This document shows, one piece after another, positions 11,123 through 24,238 of a stretch of 64,000 nucleotides of DNA (position 1 is the first letter of the stretch; every line of letters starts with the position of its first letter). The stretch covers positions 186,001-250,000 of the forward strand of contig RHPI01002438.1 of assembly GCA_009103225.1 (NCBI GenBank), read 5' to 3'. Below the pieces are notes generated by a model, which was given only the letters and a program-made list of their open reading frames with translations, was not told where the DNA came from and ran no database searches. This stretch comes from Chlorokybus atmophyticus. Its lineage: Eukaryota; Plantae; Mesostigma and Chlorokybus algae. The position numbers were made by a program, and so were the translations under genes.

Positions 11123-14100
11123 TCACAACGACACGCGCACTTTGGGTCGCCTCTTGCGGATGGACTTGCGCACTGCAGCTGGGACTTCAGCTTCGGTCCC
11201 TCGACGACCGTGATACGAGTAGTACTTGAGACTGGTATCGCTGTCATAAATGGCCGAGCGCTCCGGCACATTGCAGGACGCCTCAGTCTCATCCCACGTG
11301 TTAAGAGCACAATGCCACACCTGTAGGACCCACTCGAGCATCAGCATGCAACCCTCATGCAAAACCACATGTTATAACATCTGACACAACATGGCATACC
11401 CCCGGCAGATCTTTGTGGTGCACGTGCGAAGGCAGTTGCCTCCACTTGTTGCACTTCTCGCACTGCACCCACTTCTCCTGATCCTCGTCGTCGCTGCTGA
11501 GGGTGGCCTCGTCCTCCTCCTCGTCCTCGCTCATGGCCTCCTGCGGCTGCGCGCAATCGGCGTATGCGGGGTTCCAATCGTTCATCTCGCAGAACCAAAG
11601 GGACGGAAGCTGCGAGGCTCGCAGGCCGGGCGGAAGCCGCCTCCACTTGCGACACGCGCGCCGGTCGCACTGAACCCACTGCTTCTCGTCCTCGCTACTA
11701 TAGCTGCAACACAACATACAAGATGAGTATGTGAAAACACGCATCCTCGTAAACACACTCACATGCCCATGCCTTACTTTTCTTCGGCTGTTTCACATGT
11801 GGCGTGTTCTGGATCCCACACGTTCAACGAACACGTCCAATGGTCGGGTAATGCCCCGTCTTCGACATGCGATGGAAGGCGACGCCATTTTCTGCACGCC
11901 TTGTTGTCGCATTGAACCCATTTGCTACCCCACTCATCTTCTGAATTTGTGTCGCTGCCGCCCCCCGATGTGGTTGTCTTGCGCCGCCTCCTACCGCGCC
12001 TTCTTCTCCTTCGAGACCGCGGATACATGTCGGGCTTGGCACAACTATTATGGTCTTCATCCCAAACATTCATCTCACAAAACCTGCATTGCCATGCATG
12101 ACTAGATGTCAGACACTGAAGCACACTCACACAAGGGTATGACAACAATAAAGCTTAACGAGAGAAGCTAACAAGCAAGAGCACAACATGTAGGCACACG
12201 TACCATATGGCTGGCAACTCTGATGCATCAACACCGCAAGGCAGCCGGCGCCATTTGCCGCACGTCCTCCGATCGCATTGCACCCAGATGCCGCCTTGAC
12301 TTGCGTGTTTGGTCTTGACGTCAACATCACCAGAGTGCGCCCGCCTGCTCCTGGAGCTCTCCCCTCGCACGCGAAGCGCGTATGTGCAAGTTGCCGGACG
12401 CTGTCGTGAAGCCGCGGCACCTGTTGAATCACCGCCTGCGCTAACAGACCTGCGGCGCCTCTCTCTTGTCCTACGCCTCGCCTCATGCTCCTGAAACCCA
12501 AGTGCATGTGTGTGTGCATGTGTGCGTGTGCGCGCGTGCGTGTGCACCACAGCTGCCAAGACAGAGCCTATTGGCTACTGACAACGTGTAACACTTGATG
12601 ACATCTTACACAAGCTCGCAGTATGCTTCTTGATCTTGATATCACCATCACTGTTCATGCCATTTACAAGCTTGCTTACTTGGACATGTGTCGTAACCTC
12701 CGTTAGTTCATGCCCGCCTCGGCACCCTCCATTCGGCAGTGCGCCCGCGCACTGAAACATGGAGTTGATTCCCCCTGCTGACGACGTGGACGCCGCGTTG
12801 CTGTGATCCGGATAGCACAGCGCCAAAGACACGACCGCGTGCGCCTCGGGCCCGCGGCCCCAGCCCTTGAAACGCACAACGCAGCAGTCGTCATGGGACA
12901 GCGGCGCTGAGGAAGGCCTGGACAGGTTGTTGTCCGTGTGGCCGATGATGACCTCCTCGACGACCGCATGGTAGTACTTGCCGTCGCTGCGACGCGCGAG
13001 GACGTCACGACCGACCACGGCGCCGACGCGAGCGTGCTCGCCCTTGCCATGAATGCCGGCCTGAACAAGATAAGATATCAGTCATGTGCTTGATGACCCC
13101 TTCCTGTACACAAGCCATGATGGCTCATAGCCTACTAAGCGAATACCTTTGGTTTGTCTTCTAAGCTCTCCGGGCGCAGTCCAACTATGCTGAAGCTCAA
13201 GTCTTCGGAGCAACTCACAAGAAGGTCGTCACCTCCATAGTTGCACCACGACAGATCCCTGCACACAGGTGAGAGAACCGTCAGGATGGCTTTGACTGCG
13301 TGTACAGAGGCTGCAGTGCACCGTAACACAGCTTAGTAGTTCGCATTGAGAGGGTGCAACATACCACACGCTGTTGGAGTGAAGCCACAACTGCTTCACC
13401 ATGGCGCCGCTATACGCATCCCACCATAGAACTCTACCATCTTCACTCGCAGCAGCAACGATTAGGCCATCAGGGCTAAACCTCGCATGCCCTATCAACA
13501 ACCACAACATAATCAGCTGATTGCAGTACTATCAACCGCTTAGATACATGTTGCCATGCGACGCCATGCGGCACAATGAGAGCAATGTAAAACAACATGG
13601 CAAAGCTGTCATTACATACCAGTGCCCCACGCAGCGTTGGTGTGACCGCGCAAGACAGTCCGCACTTGGACAGGGGAGGTGCCGCTAACCAGCTGCGCTT
13701 CATCAATGATGTACATTTCATTGGGCTCGCAATTCACCGCAAGCAACCTGGAAACCGGACTCCGGTCGATTGAGGTCACCGCACGCCCAACAGCGCAGTT
13801 CGACAAGCACGTCACACGCCCGTCTGCTGCGGCTCGAGGGAGTAGTGTACTGGAGCTTTCCGCTGTAAACAAGTTCTAAAGAGTTAGTGCGTGTGCAACA
13901 CCACATTGGGTCTGAACTGCAGCGTTTTGTTCCTAGTCACATGCCGTGATTTATGACAAGCCCACATGGACGAGCAACAGCGTGCAGAAACCCTCACTGA
14001 TGCACAGGAAGGCAACAGAACTTCATATCCACAAGCATGCAAACCTTGGGAGGCGCTGGAGGAAGCCCTTGAGGGTGAAGGTGCAACAACGACAGTGGTG

Positions 14101-16265
14101 ATTGGCTCCGATAGAAAGCGCGTGTCCCACAACCGCAGCGCCGCGTCGGAGCCCGCGCTGACAATCAGGCGATCATCTTCCAGAAACTGCGCGCCCGCGA
14201 CCTTGCCCGTGTGCCCTTCGCAGCGTGCAACGGACTGCACGTTGCGCTCTTCCCAGCTGAAGTGCAATTAAACACTGTCATCTTGCATACTTGACACATG
14301 GCATTGCATCACTTGCGGTAAACCCAACTCGCTTACACGGATGCGATGCCTTCTACGCGAGCAGACATTATCTGGCGAACATCCCACAGCCGGATCGTCT
14401 TATCGTTAGAGGTGCTGAGCAGCAAGGCGGGCTGCGTGGGAGAGAACTGCAAAGAGCGCACCCATTGCGTGTGCCCGTCGCAACTACCCAGCTCTACTCC
14501 AGCCACCATGTCCAAGTAGACAATTCTGCCATGCATGAGTGATGTATCAGTCATTAGAGAGGACATGAACTTGCTAGTGAGGAGAAATCTGCAATAGATA
14601 AGAGGGCATGTTGAGTTTTAACTACAAGCAGATCAGCAGTAATTATACATGCCAACTTGACAATACAAGATCGTATAACGCATATGGTATCAGTATTTAA
14701 CATGCGCGCGCGTGCGTGTGTGCGAGTAAACATATACACATTGACAGTTCACTGAACATGTAGGCATGCAAGTACCTTCCTTCTTCATTCCAGCTACCGC
14801 ATGCCATCTTTTCGCCCGAGCGTTCCCACTCAACAACCGAGATGCCTCCCAGCGACGTGCTAACAGACCCTATCCACGTGTTTCGGTTCACGCCCATGCC
14901 AAGAACACCCGTTGCTTCCCAATCATTTACCACAGCAGAGTGCACTTGATACAAGTCCACGTGGCCAGTGTCTGAGCCGGCAGCAAACACGCGCTGGGTT
15001 GGGCTGCACGCAATGGTCCACGGCACCGTGCCGTGGCTCTCGGCAATATCAACATACCCCAATCGTGTGGCTCGCTGCCATCTGCGTCCTGCCATCGCCT
15101 TGATGGCATGCTTGCAGTACTTCGGTTGAAACTCTCTTTGGTAAAGGGATTGGCTGGCCTGTGATGTGCTGGCCTGCCAGCTGCTGAAGCCTCTGTCAGA
15201 TTGACTGCCCGACAAACGCGGCTTCTTCGCTCTGCGCTGAATAGCCGCTGCATCTCGGCCAGCTGGCACGTGCAACTCGCACTGTAAAATTACTCTTGTG
15301 TCGTAACAGCGGCGAAAGGTGTGCTCGCTTGTGTACAGGTTGCCACTGCCTACACACAAACATGGCTGTCAGAGAAGCGCACATATGCGCATCAGCGATG
15401 CTTGAACGGATCAGCATACAACCTTGTGTGCAGCGGTCACAAGCAAATACATCGGTTGGTTTCCTGCCGAAGCCCTTTGAAGGCTCCCCAACGCATGTTG
15501 TGTGAAACCACTCGTCGCACCTGCAAGAGCAACGACAAGCACGCAGATAAAAATCTGCCTGCATTAGTCATCAACATGATCACATGCAGCTTGCCGTGCA
15601 CTTACCCCACACATTGCACCATGAGGCGTCCATCATCCGGCTGGTTGCAGAAGCAGAATGTGTCCGCGCAGTAAGTGGACTTAAAGTTCAGCGCATTGAG
15701 CGCTCTCTCCTTCAACGCAAGAAAACTTCCTGCATGCACGTAAGCACACAAACAAATTTTATCGATGCGATGCCAACCAACCAATGGTGAGCAACCTATG
15801 TGATATGCAATGTAATTTTTGCCACAGCAAAGCGCAAACTCTCTCTCCCATGATAAAACACACCTCACAGCCTCACCTTTGGTCAATATCTCTGGCGTTG
15901 CCGACTCGCTGCAGCGCGGGCATACAAAATAATGCTGCTTCTTCAACCGAGTCTCATGGATGTCCATGCATGCCCCATGATACCTGCAGTGTGAGCAGTC
16001 ACTAAGCCAACGCCACACAAGAAGTCAAACCAGTGCAAGCTGCAACGTAACAAACATCACAACAAGCAATGCAGCTTACTACTGACTGCGCCTGCCCAAA
16101 CAAGCACCATAGCTTAAATTTGAGCTGCCCTCATATGCATGAACAGCAAAGAGCGTGGTCCTCGAGCATGACCGGTGCTTACCAATGTTGGCATAGGTTG
16201 CACTCCAGCATAAACGAGCCATCGTCAGGCTGAAAGCAAATGCAGTAGGTCTTGATCCCGTCCAT
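11123..16265 (-). CDS. Multidomain chromatin reader: 2x PHD finger, WD40 repeats, Tudor/Agenet-like domain, 4x CW zinc finger (about 15 exons, roughly 1100 aa)
   Basis: PHD1 YCICFQPDDGSFMLECNLCQHWYHGAC...CPRC; PHD2 FCFCNQPDDGRLMVQCVGCDEWFHTTC...CDRC; WD motifs GHTQWVRSLQFSP...SNDKTIRLWD and GHTGKVAGAQF...GSDAALRLWD; Tudor-like VLARRSDGKYYHAVVEEV...VVRFKGWG; four WVQC(D/E)...C.KWR.LP...W.C..N.W CW units. The phases I checked are consistent, including the phase-0 intron 13146-13061 joining the WD40 and Tudor exons. Confidence 0.8.
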
Positions 16266-16827
16266 CAGGGGAGGTAGGCAGTTAAGGCACACCGGCAGGG
16301 CGGTGGTGACGCTGACAGCACCCCCACCCGTCCCACCCTAGCCCCTTCGACTGTATCCCATTACACACCTGACCAGGCAACTCCCCTTAAGCCTAGCTAC
16401 CGCGAGAAGCGCTCAATTGGGCGCAACTCATCACACAGGAGCCGCGACAAACAGCGAGCAGGGAAAAAGCACAATAAAGTTGTTGACCCCCGCCTCGTAG
16501 CACATGCCTTGCTCCTGTGCCTCCAACACCGTCTCTTCCGAGCGCAGCAACGCCACCCACGTCGCCACCTCCGCCGCCGCCACCGGCAGCGGCAGCGGCA
16601 ACGTCGCCGTTGCCAGCATCACACGTGTGACAAGACAATGAGTCACTCGCGAATGATTGACCCATTGATTCACTCATTCACTTTGAGCAAATCACTCCAC
16701 ACTTTGCAGAGTGAATCACTCCTCAGCCTAGAGCACTGTGATTCACGACCGTTTGTAAGCATCACTGCACGTAAGCATACTGAGGGCTTGTCGGCGACCA
16801 TGTAGGCCAGTGTGATTGGCACAGGGG

Positions 16828-19241
16828 ATGGCGGCGGCGGCGGTGGGGTCCGTGGAGGGCCCGGCGACCACCTCATCGACCGCCGAGGATTTGCCTGGCT
16901 GGAGCGACGATGCCGTCATGCGCGCGCGGTTTCGCGCCTTTGAGGGCGGCGAGGAGGGCTGGCCCGCCGCTGCGGGCTTCTGGGCCGACGCGGTAGCCAG
17001 CCTGGCAAGGACTGCTGGCCGCCTGATCATTGACGTCGACGAGGTCAGTGTTTAGCATTGCTTGCTATCACTCCGCTGCATGGACGCCGCTGACAATATT
17101 GTTCGATGAGACCTGATGGCATTCCACATTGCGGTAGCCACGCATCCTGCATGGCGACAATGGTTGGGTTTGCGCATGCATTCACGTTGTGGGACTGTCA
17201 CTGCGCTCAATACGAAGAGCATGCGGCGACTGTCAACTTGAAATCAACCTAAATAATCCTGGCTTGTCGGTCATTCTGGTTGAACAACGACATTGTCATG
17301 TTGTTGTTCATTGTGCTGAATTTCACGACAGGTGAAGAATCTGTGGTTCCGCCGTAAAGGGGTGGTACCGTTGAGCTTGGATCTTGTGCTGGTGAGTAGT
17401 TGCGCTTAGCTCAGTTCACTTAGCGATAATGAGAGTCATTGTATGTTGTTACGGGCTAACCTTGCCGTGTGTTGTTGGGCACAGGCAGACATGCTGCGCA
17501 AGGGGCAGCTTCTGCCGGCAAGCTGGTATACAAGTCCCCTTGCTGGTGATCCCGTCTGGTGGCAAGCTTCGCGTGCATTGTATGTGGGAGTGAAATGGGC
17601 TTACAACGCCACGTTTGGTGCTGCATTTGGTGCTGCTGCGTCAACCCAACAGGCCCACAAGCAGCTGTTGGTGTCTGAATTGCTCGAGGCGAGTGTGGGA
17701 TAGAAACCGGCAACCGTGTTGTGCATGCTGGTAAAGGTCCGCCAGGAGTGTGGTGCATGTGGCAAACACTGTTCATGCGTTCCAGTGTTCCGTTCAGTTG
17801 CAAATTGACTTATTTCTTGGGTTGTCTGTATCAGGAGGCTGGCAAGCATGCATTGAACTTATTACAGGAGCCGCAGACTGGCGTTGCACCTGATACCATA
17901 TTGCCATTGGCTCAGGCTCAGCAATTGCTGCAAGAGTTCAACACACAGGATGTACATGTGATACTGCGCCATCTCATTCGACAAGCAAGCGTTAGACACA
18001 TTTCCACAACTGGCAGTGTCGGGCATGAGGTAGTTCGCACATCTCTGCTTGCGCACAAAGCAACAGCAATAGTTGCATGCCAATCAGTACTTGACACAGG
18101 GCATCAAAGTTGCAGCAGAAGGGCAGAAGGTTTGTCCCCGTGTGACAGAACATGACAGGCGCATCCTGCATTTGAAATGCGTGCAAAAAACCATGCAGCG
18201 GCGCTCCGAGGCCATACTAACACAGATAGCCAAGTAAGCATGGATTGATATCTTGGACATCTGTGCAATGGCCATGCTAGCTCACTGTGAGTGTTGCAAG
18301 CAATTGCATGCAACACAACCCTGACTTGCAGTAAACCTTGCTAGGTCGCGTGATCAAGCCAAGGCTGCTGCAAAAGCAGGGGACCGGCGGACAGCATTGC
18401 AGTTGCTGCAGCGGAAGTGAGTTTGGTTTCTTGATATCTATAATAAAGGTGCATGCAGAGCTTGATGTTAAGCTTGTCAGTTGCTCATTGACTGCTGCAG
18501 GCATGCCCTGGGCAACCAAAGCATGCTGGTGGGGCAGTCCTTACAACGGGTGGATGAAGTGCTGGAAGCCATCTGTGCGGCAGAAACCTCTCAACAGGTG
18601 AACTATGTTGGCAACGCTGTATGGGCAGGTTGTTTTATGCCGTTATGGGACCAGTAACATAGTTGGTGTTGATGAGTGTCACACTGTACACACCAGCTGC
18701 TGTGGCTACAATAACTTGCTTACAGTTGATATGCTTCAGGTGATGGCTGCGTACAAAGCAGGACTGGAAGTGCTACGCACACAGTCGGTATCCATTGATG
18801 TTGTTGAAGAAGTGATGGAAGATCTAGATGAAGTTGCACAACAACTTGCTGAAGGTGAGTTGGAGTGCTGTGACTGTCTAACGTTTATGCCGTGTCGTGT
18901 ATGTACTGTGAATCATGGTCATATGATAGTGTTTGAAAAGTTCTGTATGTCGTGCTCAGGCATTGTGATAATTGGCTCAATGGGTTCAGACGTCATGACT
19001 GTCACCAGAGTTGCCACTACTGGGAGCATTGGAATGTTGACTGATGCAAATATTTGGTGTTACAGTTTCCGAGGCGTTGGCCGTCCCGACTGTGGACAAA
19101 GATGTGGAGGACGAGTACCAGCAGCTGCAGCAGGCGCTTGAAGAGCTCACGGTCACTTTTCCGACTGCAGAGCCTGTGCACGCAGCGCCTGTTGCTGCCG
19201 ACTCGCCGGCTGCCGTCAAGCAGCCTGTGCTGTCTGATTAA
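16828..19241 (+). CDS. CHMP7: ESCRT-III related protein CHMP7 (N-terminal winged-helix region plus Snf7-like C-terminus)
   Basis: N-terminal WSDDAVMRARFRAF...FWADAV and WFRRKGVVPLSLDLVL resemble CHMP7. C-terminal exons VMAAYKAGLEVLR...SIDVVEEVMEDLDE...DKDVEDEYQQL are Snf7-like. Confidence 0.75.
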
Positions 19242-20461
19242 CCCTTCACTAAGGTGCTTGTAAGGAGGAGGCAGGGCCATGGATCTCGATGACTTTTCTC
19301 TTGTATTTGTATAGGTCCTGGTGTATATATTTATGACTGTGCGCGCATTAGTTGCGGCCATCATGTGCTGCTAGCAGCAATTTTGACTCGCAGCTGATGC
19401 TCTCTACGAGTGCTTGCCTTAGCCCCTGTTCGGTGAAGGCGAGGAATGGAACAGGAACATACGACAGTGCATTGGTTTCACCTGGCATACATTGCATGCC
19501 AGCAACGGTGCTGGCAGCGCCAACATTCAATTGCATGCCTGTTTGTGACTATCCAAGGCCTATAGCACGCAGCGTTGGCATAGGGTATAGGAATCCGTGT
19601 CAACACTCTATGCACCAAGCTCACAACAAACACCCACAGCGCAACACACTTTATTGACACCACCACCACCACCACCACCTAGCCTACAGGGGTTCTACTG
19701 TACGTGAACGCAAGTGCAAGGGTAGAGTCAGGGCAGAGGGGAGAAGCGGGCTTAACCTGTAGCAGAGCAGAGCATGACTGACTCTCTAGGGCTGATTCGC
19801 ATTACAAAAAACCCTTATGTACAACTGCATGCATATTCATCATTGCTCAAGTCACCCACATGTATTGCATGCGCCATGTGTACATCTGTATGACGTTCTC
19901 ATGCACCCTGCACAACAGCCGCTGTGCAGGTGACTACCATGACCACTGCATGTGATGCATGCATGCATGACTAACAGGGGGGCGGTAGGAGTAGGGGTAG
20001 AGTAGCAGGTAGAGTTAGCCCGGTGGTCGTTCATGCAGGTGCGTGTGGTTGGGTATTTGTTGTATGGTGTGACAATGCATGCTTATAACAGCCTCGTGCT
20101 TATCCTGTACTGAACAAGTCAACAATCCTGCGTGCATTGCACCTTGGCAGGCGTGCGAGAAGTGTGTACCGCTGAAAACGCGCACAAACGTCTTTCATTG
20201 ATAACCTCAACCTTGCGATACCATGTGTTGTGCTTATAAGCTCGAAGCATTGCTACGCTTGTGTCTACAACAGCCATATAATTCAAACAAGAGCAATGCC
20301 ACAGCGCAAAATAGACCAGCTGTCGATAGCAAGCTGCTGCTGGCCACCACTAAGCGCTTGTGCGCAAGCACACAAGCTGCGCTCTTGCCGTAGTGTCTCT
20401 GTTTGTGTCTTTACTACCGCTCCTTTTCCTTGCCCTCTCTTCTGCTGCCCACCCACCCACC

Positions 20462-20874
20462 TTACACCTTTTTCTCCCAATCGTAACCCTTGTAAAACGC
20501 CTGCCCGTAACACCTGCGGCCACCACCGAAACCATCAACGCCCCCAACGTCATTGACAAGCAGCAGAAGTTGAGCAGCCAGACAAGGAGGTGACCACAAG
20601 CACACATACGCATACACACATGAGCAGTAGACAGCAGCCCGTACCTGAAGGGCAAAAGGAGTTCCTCACTGGGCGGGTTGAGTCGTGGCACGGCCAAGGG
20701 ACTGTCGCGCCACCATCCCGCCTCGACGCCCTCCTGCTCGCTGAGAAAACGCCATCCCCGCCTCTCCCTGCTGCCGACGCCAGCGCCGCCTGCTCCTGGA
20801 CCGCCGCCGCCTCCCAGAGACTGCGCCTCAGAGGGATGCGCCTGGGACTGAGACTGAGACTGAGACTGGCCCAT
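20462..20874 (-). CDS. Hypothetical 93-aa two-exon microprotein with an N-myristoylation-type start (MGQSQS)
   Basis: Exon 1 20874-20645, GT..AG intron 20644-20514, exon 2 20513-20462; phase-consistent. Product MGQSQSQSQSQAHP...RGWRFLSEQEGVEAGWWRDSPLAVPRLNPPSEELLLPFRCYGQAFYKGYDWEKKV*. Confidence 0.55.
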
Positions 20875-21676
20875 TGGCGCCCAAGCAGCCAATGCCTTGG
20901 GTCAAAAAAACTACTGAAGGCCTGAAGCCAGGACTCCTGAATACAACCGTGTGCTACGTGGGTGATGACCACTGCATGTGATGATGGTTGTGTACGATTA
21001 ATCAATGATGGCGACTAGCAACCAACCAACAGGGCAACACCCATGTTAGCTGATGCGAATCACTTGGGGCACAGTCACCTTCACTGTGTTTCCCGCCAGT
21101 GGACTATTAACATTATGATCTCTCGCTTCGTCCCATTTCATCATCCATGTCATGATCATATGGATCATTAACATGATCGTCACATCCATGTGATGATCCA
21201 TATGATCATTACATGGATGATGTTGTTGAGCAGGCTCTGTGTGCAGCAACACCCACACTTGTTCGCAGCGCGAGACCCATGGCTTCGGACAGCGCGTGTA
21301 CATATGCATACGTACATATGCAAATACTGTGGCATGACTACATAGGTTGTACTTCCTTAGATTGGAGGCCAGGCCAAGTGACAACATGCAACGCGCACAT
21401 CCGACAGCTAACTAGTCGAGTACGAAGATGTTTGCAAGTCGCTCAACTGGCGGCTTCGCTCTTCCTAAAGCATCACACAATACGCTCCCCGGGGCCACCA
21501 GGTGCTCTCATCTTGGTGTGAGTGTGTCTGCATGTGCGATGACGCTGTCTATGTGTGTACGTGTGCTTGTCCGCGCGCGCGTGCTTGTGCATTTATGCGC
21601 AAGTGAGTGTGCATCCCCCGGGATGTCCCCACCGCCCCCCTCTCCCCCGCCATTCGCACGTGCAAATCTTTCCTCT

Positions 21677-23523
21677 TTAGTTTCTCAGCGTCCCCGCCCT
21701 CTTGTCGCTGCGCATCACCAGCGTCGCATACGTCCGCCGCCCCAGGTTGCCCACCGCCGGGGATCCGCAGAAGTACACCCACCTGCATGGACACAACAAC
21801 AGTAGTTACACAACCCAAGCACACAGTCCGCAGCGACAAGTACAATGACAACAACACAGTGCACCTCCCAGACTCACGGTATCCAGGTGGGCACGCCCAA
21901 CACGTCCGCATGCGTGTACGCGTACAACCCGCCGTAGTTGATCAACACGATCTCTATGACCGGGCCCGCGAATGCTGTCAACGTCGCCATGAACAGGCCC
22001 CCACCTAACGACATCATCAACACCACACTTGGTCGTGAACATGGCACACGCACACGCATGATTGTGCGTATGCATGTGTGTGCTGCCACACGCGCGCACG
22101 CACGCACGCGCGTCATACGCGCGCACATTGACAACCATAGTTGTGTGATGGTATTACGTGTGCGGTCGAGTAGCCACCAGGTGGCCACCGCGTAAGCCCC
22201 GAGCGTCAAGTCCACGCACGCTCTCGCGACGGGAACGGGTGAGGAGGATGGCAGGGCAGCGGCTTGGGCCAGCACGCCGCTCAGGCTGTACTGCGCCGCG
22301 AACAGAGCGATGCCGGCTGCAGATGGGGTGGTGATGTATTAATGATGTTGGGTTGGGGTTGAACCGACACTGATGTGGTGCATTGTATTGCGTATGGTGT
22401 ACAAAGGATCAGTATAGATCACGCATGCCTCAAACAGTGCATACACGCAAACGTGTATGCACTGATTGAGCTATATGTGCGTATGCGCGCACGCACATAC
22501 TCCTTTACTTTTGGTGCTTTGTAGCGAAGCAGCGTTGTCGAATGTGCATTGTGGTATACTGCAGTGATGCGTAAGCCACTGCAGCATGGTGGTGCGGTAA
22601 TGTGGATTCGTAGTAACTGTGTTTCATTCAGGCACACATCACACTGCACTGCACTAAACCAAACAGCGTACCCAACACGACGGGCCACCTCGGCTCCAGT
22701 CCCATCCTCGCCCCTCTGTCCCAACCTGTACCCACTCCATCCCTCTCGTCAGGTCCCAGGACCCAACGGTCCAGCAGCGGATGCGCCACGCCCAGTATGG
22801 CGCCCGCGACCCCGAACAGCAGCGGGACCCACCAGACGGACTCGAGTTCGTAAAAGGGACCCAACGTGATGTGCTACACAGGGAGAATGTTGAGGTGGGA
22901 GAGGAGATGTTGGAATGTTTCAACCCAGCATATTGTGATGCGTACCGCGGGGGAGGTGTAGTGGAGGACGTCGTGGCGGGAGTGCTCGCCGTCGAGGAGC
23001 GGGCCCAACACGGCACTGGTTGTGGGGAGAGAAAGCATACACGTGTATGTACAACACGCGCACATACACACATTGGGGGCGGGNNNNNNNNNNNNNNNNN
23101 NNNNNNNNNNNNNNNNNNNNNNNNNNNNNNNNNNNNNNNNNNNNNNNNNNNNNNNNNNNNNNNNNNNNNGGGGGGGGGGGGGGGCACGTAGACCCGTGCG
23201 TGACATTCAATGAGAATAATGAGGACAACGGCTCAGCAACCAACACGCGCTTGCTTGTTGGTTGCTTATCGACATTGCAGTGACAACACAGCTGTTATTA
23301 CCCGGATGCGAATGTTGCGACGGTCTGGCGCCAAAGCACGGATAGCGAAAGGGGGGATGATGATGATGATGATGAGCTTGTGATGGGGTTGTATGCGCGT
23401 CGGTTGGTGTGATGACGGCAGGGAGGCGAGTGTCTTGTTTTCCGTATCGGGTTGTTGGGCGCGATGGTGTGGCTTGTGTATGAGGTTGTTGGGTTTGAAC
23501 CGCAGTGCTGCGCGTCGATGCAT
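21677..23523 (-). CDS. Plant/algal INSIG-domain membrane protein, probably plastid-targeted; start uncertain, N gap inside
   Basis: Exons AVLGPLLDGEHSRHDVLHY, WWVPLLFGVAGAILGVAHPLLD, GLFMATLTAFAGPVIEIVLINYGGLYAYTHADVLGVPTWIP and VYFCGSPAVGNLGR match motifs I recall for plant INSIG-domain proteins. Confidence 0.75.
23084..23169. other. Assembly gap (N run) flanked by G runs
   Basis: N run seen directly. Confidence 0.95.
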
Positions 23524-24028
23524 TACGTATGAATAAAGTAAATAAGATGCAGGAAACAACTGGTCGCATAGTCAACACACTGTGGTTTGAAAAAACCGCA
23601 ACACACAGTGTTTCTCAGGCAGAGCGCATGTGTGCATCATGAAGAGCAGCGAACCCATATTCATGCGCATGGCTCTGCTTGTTCAACAGCAAGGTCAAAA
23701 CAAAATACTACACAAGATTGACGACACTGTCATGCGCATGCAATATCTCGCAACAATGTGTGTTGTTGTTAACAGACAGGCATGCACGCACGCACACGGC
23801 ACACCTTCACTGAGAGGCCAACGCTCTTTGAGACATGCGGCACCCAGCAGTTGACGGCAGCTGATGTACACATTCCCGACATCTAACGCCTGCGACAACG
23901 ACAACGACAACAACAACGACGACCACGACGACCATGACCACTCCTGAGGCAGTGTGGGCAGGAGCGCAGTTGAATGACCGGGGCAAGCAATTAGACTCTT
24001 TAACTGACTGACTTCACTCTAGTTATTA

Positions 24029-24238
24029 CCGTAGTGCCACGGACTATCCGTCATTTTATCAGATACAAAATGAGAGGTGACGAGAAAATAAACCCCCATC
24101 CTCGACGAGTGCTGCTATGCAATCCATTACAGGCACGTCAAACCCTAGCCCATAGTCAATGCATAATCTACAGACATTTGAGGAATGTCAAGCTCTATGA
24201 ATCAACAAAAAAGTGACGGATAGTCCGTGGCACTACGG
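24029..24238. mobile_element. 210-bp MITE, Tc1/mariner-type (TA target-site duplication)
   Basis: 25-bp perfect TIRs CCGTAGTGCCACGGACTATCCGTCA at both ends (28/29 when extended), flanked by TA at 24027-24028 and 24239-24240. No recognisable coding capacity. Confidence 0.9.

Noticed and set aside
12575-13068. A separate Tudor/CW gene starting at GTG 13018 or ATG 13050
   Set aside because: The exon has an upstream acceptor at 13061 in phase with the WD40 donor at 13146; ATG 13050 is out of frame with the Tudor domain.
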